IMG/VR virus record: IMGVR_UViG_3300011264_000025
Coordinates: 1-27,306 of that record
From: a virus
Lineage: Duplodnaviria; Caudoviricetes
Length of the DNA: 27,306 bases
Direction: 5' to 3' (one strand)
A program made the position numbers and the translations under genes. The notes beneath the pieces are model-generated. The model ran no database searches. It saw only the letters and a list, made by a program, of their open reading frames with translations, and was not told where the DNA came from. Shown here piece after piece: positions 17,601 through 24,564 of this stretch; the stretch's first letter is position 1, and each line of letters starts with the position of its first letter.

Positions 17601-17733
17601 AAACAAATTTTGTTTTATTGTAAAAATCCTCTGCAATTTTAAGCAAAGCAATTCTCACTTCAGGATCTAAATGCTGAGATTGATCCCATAAATCAGGACA
17701 AAGTGTATCATTATAAATTCGGAATTTAGCCAT
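14689..17733 (-). CDS. Multi-module (polyvalent) protein: Pol-beta-like nucleotidyltransferase, GNAT-like, unknown modules, ART-PolyVal-like domain
   Basis: aa 1-229: LMGSIANFNWTPDSDADVH plus a third acidic residue in KVEVNIQ. aa ~245-343: KKGNAKQAL...SYNFWKH. aa ~663-821: VFHNT..F..F, GLIYFS, AFLSIKNP, DQGYDAII, YAVFSSDQVK. Confidence 0.7.
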   Translation of the reverse strand: MAKFRIYNDTLCPDLWDQSQHLDPEVRIALLKIAEDFYNKTKFVSPIVDVWLMGSIANFNWTPDSDADVHVIIDFSQMKMPPETASKVAKNAGAQWNKEHNITVKGHKVEVNIQSVKAEKPYVQGIYSLITDKWLRHPSKLNVNLDKLAIQTKFSGMKKYVEDAIKTKNQEQMKKAKDYLDAFRQYGLDNGGELSVENIVYKILRAKGLVKALKDAIIATYDKEMTVTEFDEKEYLNKAHLVKENDNNHEFQKFVIFDCYVEGQPGEGSFTIYSFTSRNSKKGNAKQALLYLKRQYGYIAVTDIGYPGDSSYNFWKHSLANKWVDEVHDDQGIKHTNSSTMNEGVYPIGARFGLGAIGANDDVQFKEFPRDIFSNQSHGMNGNPFGRRRFRYLNGTIEWSDCARPDKEQIDLVNSYLERRGYPVKNHTSIYDQHDVDEVTQKDLRARHPQSRNQWNDDWTPKLSKMTLDNLKAMRDKINRAYQYAQKYKKEQDISQLLAQYTVIDNEIKRRLAYINAPITETFVHSFETTVGGKTNYVEVFKNPSTKEFKESKPNYEVGAILDGRDIYVWNREKALHKTVMTQMKLSNSLPLLLIPDNTNPNRFDILVTDATKGTHWNHNPKVARYIKSHPFFRGKQIDHIMYWDEDIVGDWAKLKTDTLTEEGASNDHFNVGPVFHNTLSKEKFSKFIPKAKKRFDGTPASKNGLIYFSIDRPYVHQKFNPRTITAFLSIKNPWDFRNHKHVDDLVEYLKTLNITGHNESTLRKSVAEGQWGIIENYAIDWIKDQGYDAIIMQESPTTPLTYAVFSSDQVKIVDQNDVSEIQKFPFNYVGDCRDEELVISIFGSVSEFARQVELHGDEFEYKNFIIKYDPENDIHSFFAKLNEGYGYGHNPEKDPLHNTGERWRIKWGTRKTPLMKEDEEFIDNLLEQLLMEAPELKTLKKNRHQLTDDERKMVMDADATWHHGPNGEPSPAVWKSIIKGKTWYVTNTHRCYQVKPTLKGAINAYHKVVKQTA

Positions 17734-17734
17734 G

Positions 17735-18052
17735 TTATTCTGAAGTTTTAGTATCGGATGATTTCCTTAATGTTTCGCGATCATTTCTAACTTGCTGAAT
17801 AAATGGTCGCAACCAAGAATTTACTGTATCTAATGATATGGGTTCCCGTTCTATTAATCCATGACAATCGCTGTGTCGCCATGTTAATCCTCCATCTTCA
17901 GTATATTCATGCTTTTCAAAAATTTCTTTTTTACAATGAGGACAAATATCAAATGTAACAGTTCGAGAACCTTTTTCTACCATTTTCATAGGAGCATTAT
18001 CGAAAAACTTTTGAATAGTCTCATTGATAAGTTGTCTTAGCTCTTCATCCAT
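17735..18052 (-). CDS. Small Zn-ribbon protein
   Basis: CPHC...HSDC, with N-terminal ELRQLINE. Confidence 0.65.
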   Translation of the reverse strand: MDEELRQLINETIQKFFDNAPMKMVEKGSRTVTFDICPHCKKEIFEKHEYTEDGGLTWRHSDCHGLIEREPISLDTVNSWLRPFIQQVRNDRETLRKSSDTKTSE

Positions 18053-18056
18053 ATGA

Positions 18057-18064
18057 TATAAATA
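18057..18064 (-). promoter_or_regulatory. TATTTATA motif
   Basis: TATTTATA-tcat-ATG fills the whole 12-nt intergenic gap. Confidence 0.6.
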
Positions 18065-18643
18065 TTATGTTTTATAACGTTTTGCTAAATCTCCAATTTT
18101 TATTGGGGTTGCCAAATCTTCCAAGTCTTCTAACGTCTTTTTATATCTTTCAGCCTGATGTAAAATTCCGTAGCCTCCGCGCGAATTCCATTCTTGTATT
18201 GTAGTAGCTATATCATCTACTAAAATACTGTGTTTATTTGAAAATTCTTGTTTTTTATGTTTGCCGGGAACTATAAAAATTTGAGCTTCTGAAAGAACAG
18301 GAATATTTGTTTTTAACCATTTTAATTTACCGTCACGTACAACTTGCCCTTTAGTTGGGTCAGACGTACCTGTTGAAGATAGAATACAGACCCTTTCGAA
18401 TAAACCAGATGCAGTATTCCAAACATCTTTACCTCCATGTATCCACTCTAATTCCTCCCAAAATTGACTGCCCGCATCAAGATAGCTATTTCTTGCTTGT
18501 TGAGTTCCAACTTGTTTAGCATATTCTGTCAATTGTAACCCATTTGATAATTTAGAAAATCCTTTATCAAAATCTACAAGAACTCCATCCATATCCAAGT
18601 ATACAATCAGTTCAGAGTTTTTTTCAAAATTTGTATTGTTCAT
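18065..18643 (-). CDS. HAD-superfamily 5'(3')-deoxyribonucleotidase (NT5C-like)
   Basis: Motif I YLDMDGVLVDF, motif II ILSS, GKLKWL, motif III K, motif IV ILVDD...W...GG.GI. Confidence 0.88.
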   Translation of the reverse strand: MNNTNFEKNSELIVYLDMDGVLVDFDKGFSKLSNGLQLTEYAKQVGTQQARNSYLDAGSQFWEELEWIHGGKDVWNTASGLFERVCILSSTGTSDPTKGQVVRDGKLKWLKTNIPVLSEAQIFIVPGKHKKQEFSNKHSILVDDIATTIQEWNSRGGYGILHQAERYKKTLEDLEDLATPIKIGDLAKRYKT

Positions 18644-18655
18644 TGTTATAAAAAC

Positions 18656-18684
18656 TTGACATTATTCTTATTTAATAGTACATT
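18656..18684 (+). promoter_or_regulatory. Near-consensus sigma70-like promoter pointing antisense to the operon
   Basis: TTGACA (18656-61), 17 nt, TACATT (18679-84), followed by an AT-rich palindromic tract. Confidence 0.5.
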
Positions 18685-18685
18685 C

Positions 18686-18758
18686 GAAGTACTTCAGGAA
18701 TAAATAATAAGTAATTATTATTAATTCGATTTATTTATTAAGTAATTAGTACTAATTA
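18686..18758. repeat. AT-rich cluster of palindromes and direct repeats
   Basis: GAAGTACTTC (18686-95), TAATTAGTACTAATTA (18743-58), TAAGTAATTA twice (18708, 18739), and the inverted pair AATAAATAA / TTATTTATT (18699 / 18731). Confidence 0.7.
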
Positions 18759-20924
18759 TAGAAAATTTGAAAGATCAAATGGATTGATAATTCCTTCATC
18801 AACGTTTGATTTTGAAGCTTGTGGAAACTTTTCAAAATATCCTTGTTGTTGAAGCAACAATTCCAATCTTGGAATAGACATTTTTTTCAATTGTTTTGGA
18901 GTGAGTTTTATATTTTTCCCATCAGGTTTTTCCCATATTACCGTTCCATTCTCATTCCATGATGCTTTTCCTAATTCTCTTTCTCCGGGTTTTTGTGGGG
19001 CTTTTTCTGGTTCTGGAATGTCTTTAGAAACTGGAGCAGAGACCGGAGATGAAACTGATTTTACAGGTTCATTACTTACAGGATTACTTACAGGTTTATC
19101 CTTTGCCAATGCATATTTAACATATTCTTCTGTTGAAGCAGTGTTTCCTAAATCATCAATTGCGGCTTGAACTGCTTTCATGGAAGGAATTGCTTTGTGT
19201 CCTAACGCTTGCAATGCTTTTACTGCATCCAATGCTGAAGGGATTTCATCAATGGTAACTGATTTTTTTGGAAGAATTCCCGGAAATTTTTCAAAATAAT
19301 TAATCTTTTCCAAGGAAGTTTTCCATCGTTCTCTTTCTTTTGGATCTTTACTGTCCAGATAAGCCATTAATTGTTCTTTAGTAATTGGCTCTTTAGTTCC
19401 ATTCTTTTTATTGCGAAATAAATTTCCTTGTTCATCATATGATAATGAAATTAATTTACGTTTAAATTCCATAGCTTTTCTATATGTTGTTGCATATAAA
19501 GCCCTTAATAATGTTTCTTGTTTTTTTTCTATACGTGCTCTAAGCGAACTATCGGCTTTAGAAAATAATTGAACAGCAGTAGGATTAGCCTGTTCCAATA
19601 ATTTTTCAACACTGAAATTTTTTGCTTCAGGTTTTCTAGGATTAACTTGATCATCCCAAAATTTAAATATTAATACTTGGCCGGGAGTATCTAAAGGTTT
19701 TACTATTTCGCCTTCTTCATCATTATCTTGAATTTGAACGGTAGTATATTTTACGTAAATGTCATTTTCATGTTGTTTGTTACTCCAAATAACATTCAAT
19801 TCTTTTGTTTTACCATTTCCACTTTTTAACTTTATATACTTCAATTTTTTCTCAGGTGGTTCTACATCAATTGCAAAATTTCTTTGTTTGTCATATCTTG
19901 CATGAAAATTGTATAAAAATTCTGATGATTTTTCTCTGTCTGCGTCATCTTCCGTAGGAGTAGACGATGGCTCCGTATCATTAGGACTTGGTTCATCTTC
20001 CGTGGAGTCTTCATCCTCTATAGCTTCTTTTGTCATTGCCGGTTGATCCCAATTGGTAGGTAATTCTTTTGGATCTTTTGGATTTTGAGAAAAGAACTTT
20101 TCAGCGCGTTCAACATCACTCTTTACAGTTTCAATAATAATGTCAACAACTCGTTCTATTATACTTGCAAAATCATCTTTAGAAGTTTGTTCGGATGAAT
20201 TGCTGACCGTAGGTTGAGATTGTGGTTGAGTCGATACAGGTATATTTACTGCTGCGGATTGTGATTGACCTTGTGTTGTGGTAGGAATTATCAGTGGAGT
20301 TCCCGAAATTTGTTCAATTTTATTTAATATTGAAGACCATTTTTTATTAAGATTTCCAACAACCCGTTTTACATAGTCTTTCGGAGCACCAGTGACTTTC
20401 ATTGCATCTCTTAAAAATGTATCAAATTCTTTTTTTAACAAAGAAATATATGCATTTAAAATTTTTGTTGGGTCATTAGTTTGTAATGCAGAATTTAAAG
20501 ACATTTCTCTTGTAAAAATTCCTTCTTTCAACATTTCACTCAAATTACTTCTTGATGACCGTGGGGTTAATACACTATGTTTTACTTGATGTTGTCTAAG
20601 ATATGGGGGAACGATTAATTCATATAGCTCTCGTAGTTCAGATATTAATTTCTGTTGTTCAGGAGTTATTTGCGGTCGCATCTGTTCGAGCCGATTAGCT
20701 ATACTATTATTACCTTCGGAAAAATCCTCTAAAATTTTCGTAATTTTTTTTATAAATCCATTGAATAGCGACTCTATTTTGGTATAATTAATATCCGAAA
20801 ATGATCCACCGGTCATTGCAGCAATTCGTTGTGCTCCGGCTGCTCCTCGTGACAAAATTTGGCTTCCAAGACCTTCATCTATGTGAGGAGACCCCGCAAT
20901 ATTATCTAAATAATCCTTATCCAT
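18756..20924 (-). CDS. Large hypothetical protein with a RuvA C-terminal-like domain flanked by a duplicated module
   Basis: DAVKALQALGHK...KAV...STEEYVKYAL, two repeats ending YFEKFP, and acidic and Pro/Ser/Gln linkers. Confidence 0.65.
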   Translation of the reverse strand: MDKDYLDNIAGSPHIDEGLGSQILSRGAAGAQRIAAMTGGSFSDINYTKIESLFNGFIKKITKILEDFSEGNNSIANRLEQMRPQITPEQQKLISELRELYELIVPPYLRQHQVKHSVLTPRSSRSNLSEMLKEGIFTREMSLNSALQTNDPTKILNAYISLLKKEFDTFLRDAMKVTGAPKDYVKRVVGNLNKKWSSILNKIEQISGTPLIIPTTTQGQSQSAAVNIPVSTQPQSQPTVSNSSEQTSKDDFASIIERVVDIIIETVKSDVERAEKFFSQNPKDPKELPTNWDQPAMTKEAIEDEDSTEDEPSPNDTEPSSTPTEDDADREKSSEFLYNFHARYDKQRNFAIDVEPPEKKLKYIKLKSGNGKTKELNVIWSNKQHENDIYVKYTTVQIQDNDEEGEIVKPLDTPGQVLIFKFWDDQVNPRKPEAKNFSVEKLLEQANPTAVQLFSKADSSLRARIEKKQETLLRALYATTYRKAMEFKRKLISLSYDEQGNLFRNKKNGTKEPITKEQLMAYLDSKDPKERERWKTSLEKINYFEKFPGILPKKSVTIDEIPSALDAVKALQALGHKAIPSMKAVQAAIDDLGNTASTEEYVKYALAKDKPVSNPVSNEPVKSVSSPVSAPVSKDIPEPEKAPQKPGERELGKASWNENGTVIWEKPDGKNIKLTPKQLKKMSIPRLELLLQQQGYFEKFPQASKSNVDEGIINPFDLSNFL

Positions 20925-20928
20925 AACG

Positions 20929-20962
20929 TATAAATATAGCCTAATAAGGGGTAGGATGTCAA
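20929..20962 (-). promoter_or_regulatory. TATTTATA motif overlapping a sigma70-like promoter
   Basis: Minus strand reads TTGACA-18 nt-TATATT, and TATTTATA (20936-20929)-cgtt-ATG. Confidence 0.55.
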
Positions 20963-20974
20963 TATTCTATTAAC

Positions 20975-21003
20975 AAAAAAGGGCGAGGAATTCCTCGCCC
21001 TTT
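20975..21003 (-). terminator. Rho-independent terminator after the sheath gene
   Basis: Perfect palindrome AAAGGGCGAGGAATTCCTCGCCCTTT with a T6 tail on the minus strand. Confidence 0.88.
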
Positions 21004-21017
21004 GAATTAGTTATTGA

Positions 21018-24000
21018 TTAAGCATTTGGGAATGAAGCTCCAGTTGGGAGGATATTGAAATCCAACACAATGAACTCTGCACTCTTAGTTGGCTTCAGAT
21101 AGATTTGTCCATAAAGAATATTTCTATCTACCAAGTCAGCAGTATTATTGCTATCATCCATTACAACTTGGAATGCATACAAACCACTTCTTTGTTGTAC
21201 ACTTTCCAGATAAGGATTGACGATTGATAAGAATTTATTGCGAGTTGCCGCAGTGTTTTGTTCAAACACTAAGAAACGAGCAGTTGATGCAAAGAATTTC
21301 TTAATCTCAATAAGCAATCTACGAACATTGATACGATCCAATGCAGAAGACTCAACTTGAAGAGTTTTTTGACCCCATGCCACAATACCTTGACCCGGGA
21401 ATGCTGCAATAGGATTTACACGACCTTCATACAGAGTATCACGTTCAGTATGAGTAGTTCTGTCAGTAACTTGAACTGCTTGTGGAATTCCACCACGGTT
21501 CAAACCTGCTGCTGCCCACCATTCACCCGCAACTCTATCGTTTGCAGCGTAAACGGCTGGCATTACAACGGAAGGAGGAACGGTAACAATTTTATTCACG
21601 TTAGTATCCTTAATCTTAATCCAAGGATAATAAGTGCCTGCAAAGCTGGTATCAAATTCTGCTGCAAGATTGACTACTTCATCAATTTGACCAGATGTTG
21701 GATTACCATCATCTTGATACAAATCAGTAATGTAGAAACAATCTCCACGAGTTTCACACATTTCAACAACAAGGTTGGTAACGTATGAGTGTAATGAATA
21801 AATGATACCGGGAGTTGTTATAAGATTGATGTCAAACTCGTCTGCATTTCCGAGAGCACCAATACATTGTTTATAAGCAATCGATCCTGCTGTAATACTA
21901 GATGCACAATTTAAACCTTGGGTATTTCCCGCAGTAATATCAGCACCAATATTCAATGGAATAGCAGGCGATTGACCGTCAAATCCACCTTGGAACCCGA
22001 AGACGAACTTACGCATCTTAATGTAGGTGGTTTCATTTGCTGCATCATATGTAGCTGGAATTACATTGCTTGCGCTAATGTATGAGCCTGTAGCTACCCC
22101 ATTTGCAGTAATTTCTTCATCAAGAGCAAATACTGTATTAGAACCAACAGTTGCATCGGCTGGGACTGGAGCAAAATATTGAAGATTGTCTCTCCAATGT
22201 TCAACTCCTACCGAAGATGTAGGATATAAAGAAGTAAGTTCACTATCAGCACCAACTGGAGGTCCATTAAAATCAATTCCAGATGGATATTTACCCGGAT
22301 ATAATCCGTAAGTAGATGCTTTAGTATATCCCATAGGATGGCAATGATGACCAAGTGCGCCGTTAACTGGAACAGAATAAGCTTGGAAACCATATGGAAT
22401 TGCGGTGGTTGGATATGGATTACTAGACATCTCTACACGAATATAGTTGCTGAGATTATCATATGTTCCATATTCAATAATCTTTCCATCATATCGAATA
22501 TAATTGTAGCGATCACCAATTCTACGAGCGACAAAGTTTGCAGAGTCTGGATCAAGTGTCAAATTATTGAATTGTTCCAAAATCTTTGGTTTTTTATCAG
22601 TATCACTATAATCGCGTACGGTGAGAGTGAATGTTCCCCAATCAGTGCCTGCAACTGTACCTGCAAGTTTTACATTGGAGATTTCAATTTTGAAAGAAGT
22701 ATTAGTATTTGTTCCATCACTTAAGGTTAATAATCTAAATAATGGAAAACGAGTGGCAACTCCCCCGTTAAATGGAGAAATCTTTTGAGATACAATCCAT
22801 GGTGTGTATGCATTTGTTAATCCATACGAAGAGTCTCCATTCAAAAGATCAAGTGAATATGCATCAGTGAAATTTAATGGTTCACCTGTCCATGATCCAG
22901 ATGGCATTGCGGTTCCATGAATTCTCCATCCGGATGGAGTTCCTGAAATAGTGCTTATATCATCTTCAAAAATTTTGTAGAGATATGCAGCTTCTTTTTT
23001 AGTACCAGCAACATAATTAGCTGGATCACCTGCTCTTGAATTTTTTCCAAATACATTTGTAATGTATTTGATATTATTTGGATCAAGTGAAAAATTATAT
23101 ACTCCATATCCACCATCAGAAGATTGACTAAGATATAAATCAAAGTTCAGTCCAACAGTGCTACTTCCAGATGGAGATGGACTATAAGATTGACTTGAAC
23201 CTAAGAACCCCGGAGCCTGCAAAGATGCATTAACGGTAGCATTTTGTGTATCTGCTAATACTGCTAATACTTTATACTCGGTACCACTCATTGTCCATGT
23301 TCCTGTGCATGGATCAAATGTTCCACTACCACTCAAAAATGTTCCAGTGTAATTTCCGATACTTCCAGAAATATCTCCGGTAAGATTAAGTTCAAGATTT
23401 CCACATGCATCAAGAGATTGACTTACTCCCGTAAGATGCCAAGCAGTTGTGAAAAACGCAGCATTGAATGGAGTTTGTGTGCTTGATAATAATGCTTGAG
23501 CAAGACTTCCACTAAATAATCCTGCATCGTAAATTGCTTGCAGAATAGATGCAGAAGTTGCAGATGCAGTTGACAGATTAAGAGAACCTGTAAAATTAAA
23601 TTTACCACTAATATTGGCAGCAATAACACTGTTATTATACAATGTGCTTCCAGTTATAGCTATAGATACCGATTGGCTAACGAAATTAACAGATCCTGTA
23701 TAACCAAAATTACTGGATGATGAAATGGCATTTGAACCGAGCGTAGTAAATGTAAGTCCTGTAGCAGAAATTATAGAACTATCAGCAATAATTGATGCTG
23801 AGTCTGGTGCCCGGAGCCATGTTCCTTTTTCTGCCCAAATTACCCATGGATATTTTTGTTGGTATCCGGTTAGTGCTCCGACACGGCAAACTGTTACAAA
23901 GCCTTTTTCTTGTAAATATTGTTTGGCGGTGTATGGGCCGTAAAGAGTTCCATCTGCAACGCCGAACTTGCTCTCCAATTCAGAGACACTTCTTACAAGT

Positions 24001-24161
24001 GTTGGGGCAAATCCCGGTCCTTTGGCAAATGGGGCGACTACAACGCCTCCGATGTCGGCAACGCCTTGAGCGATGCCGGATATATCATTTTCTCGGGAAA
24101 ATACACCCGGACTTACGATGCGGTCATTTGGAGTAAATCTTCCACCTTCAGTGATTGGCAT
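21018..24161 (-). CDS. Contractile tail sheath protein (T4 gp18-like) with inserted domains
   Basis: N-terminal SPGVFSREND and PFAKGP; C-terminal YYPWIKI, VPPS, WWAAAGLNRGGI, LYEGRVNPI, WGQKTL, ALDRINVRRLL, FEQN, LKPTKSAEFI. AAGGA Shine-Dalgarno. Confidence 0.95.
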   Translation of the reverse strand: MPITEGGRFTPNDRIVSPGVFSRENDISGIAQGVADIGGVVVAPFAKGPGFAPTLVRSVSELESKFGVADGTLYGPYTAKQYLQEKGFVTVCRVGALTGYQQKYPWVIWAEKGTWLRAPDSASIIADSSIISATGLTFTTLGSNAISSSSNFGYTGSVNFVSQSVSIAITGSTLYNNSVIAANISGKFNFTGSLNLSTASATSASILQAIYDAGLFSGSLAQALLSSTQTPFNAAFFTTAWHLTGVSQSLDACGNLELNLTGDISGSIGNYTGTFLSGSGTFDPCTGTWTMSGTEYKVLAVLADTQNATVNASLQAPGFLGSSQSYSPSPSGSSTVGLNFDLYLSQSSDGGYGVYNFSLDPNNIKYITNVFGKNSRAGDPANYVAGTKKEAAYLYKIFEDDISTISGTPSGWRIHGTAMPSGSWTGEPLNFTDAYSLDLLNGDSSYGLTNAYTPWIVSQKISPFNGGVATRFPLFRLLTLSDGTNTNTSFKIEISNVKLAGTVAGTDWGTFTLTVRDYSDTDKKPKILEQFNNLTLDPDSANFVARRIGDRYNYIRYDGKIIEYGTYDNLSNYIRVEMSSNPYPTTAIPYGFQAYSVPVNGALGHHCHPMGYTKASTYGLYPGKYPSGIDFNGPPVGADSELTSLYPTSSVGVEHWRDNLQYFAPVPADATVGSNTVFALDEEITANGVATGSYISASNVIPATYDAANETTYIKMRKFVFGFQGGFDGQSPAIPLNIGADITAGNTQGLNCASSITAGSIAYKQCIGALGNADEFDINLITTPGIIYSLHSYVTNLVVEMCETRGDCFYITDLYQDDGNPTSGQIDEVVNLAAEFDTSFAGTYYPWIKIKDTNVNKIVTVPPSVVMPAVYAANDRVAGEWWAAAGLNRGGIPQAVQVTDRTTHTERDTLYEGRVNPIAAFPGQGIVAWGQKTLQVESSALDRINVRRLLIEIKKFFASTARFLVFEQNTAATRNKFLSIVNPYLESVQQRSGLYAFQVVMDDSNNTADLVDRNILYGQIYLKPTKSAEFIVLDFNILPTGASFPNA

Positions 24162-24214
24162 ATGCTTTATCCTTCTTTCAAATGATTATTGGTCTTATGA
24201 AAGTTGTTTCAAGT

Positions 24215-24222
24215 TATAAATA
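24215..24222 (-). promoter_or_regulatory. TATTTATA motif upstream of the sheath gene
   Basis: 53 nt upstream of the ATG. The plus-strand context AAGTTATAAATATATG is identical to that at the tube gene. Confidence 0.62.
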
Positions 24223-24260
24223 TATGCCAAAAATTCAAGATGCAAATATTTATACCGATC

Positions 24261-24554
24261 TCAACTAACTTTCGGCTTAGGATTTGTTGGTAAAAACGTT
24301 CCATCAGCCATGTTCAAATTTCCTTCTCCATATTTTTGAACAATCTTATCCAATAAGCTTTGTTCCATTTTTTGGAGACTACCCCATTCCTCCTTAAGCT
24401 TTTTTTCTTTTTCAATAAAATCGCTTACGAGTCGGTCAAGCTCCATTTTTTCAATCTGGAGATTTCCTAACTTATAAATACTTTCCTGAAATTTGCTTTG
24501 CAGCATTTTTATTTCAGCAAGTTCATTTTCTTCTATTTTTATAGCTTCATTCAT
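24261..24554 (-). CDS. Small coiled-coil hypothetical protein
   Basis: Heptad-rich body ending KYGEGNLNMADGTFLP. Likely start MNEAIK at 24554, because the longer track start overlaps the 55-aa ORF. Confidence 0.75.
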   Translation of the reverse strand: MNEAIKIEENELAEIKMLQSKFQESIYKLGNLQIEKMELDRLVSDFIEKEKKLKEEWGSLQKMEQSLLDKIVQKYGEGNLNMADGTFLPTNPKPKVS

Positions 24555-24564
24555 AACATTTTGT

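Noticed and set aside
1565-24161. Bacterial extracellular contractile injection system or tailocin rather than a phage
   Set aside because: PolA, a homing-endonuclease-like gene, T4 gp26-like chaperones, phage-type promoter motifs and the lack of any host gene point to a large phage. No capsid gene lies in the window, so this is inferred.
24247-24254. Canonical T4-orientation TATAAATA on the coding strand upstream of the sheath gene
   Set aside because: One intergenic instance against seven in the opposite orientation; not enough to claim a T4 gp55-type promoter system.
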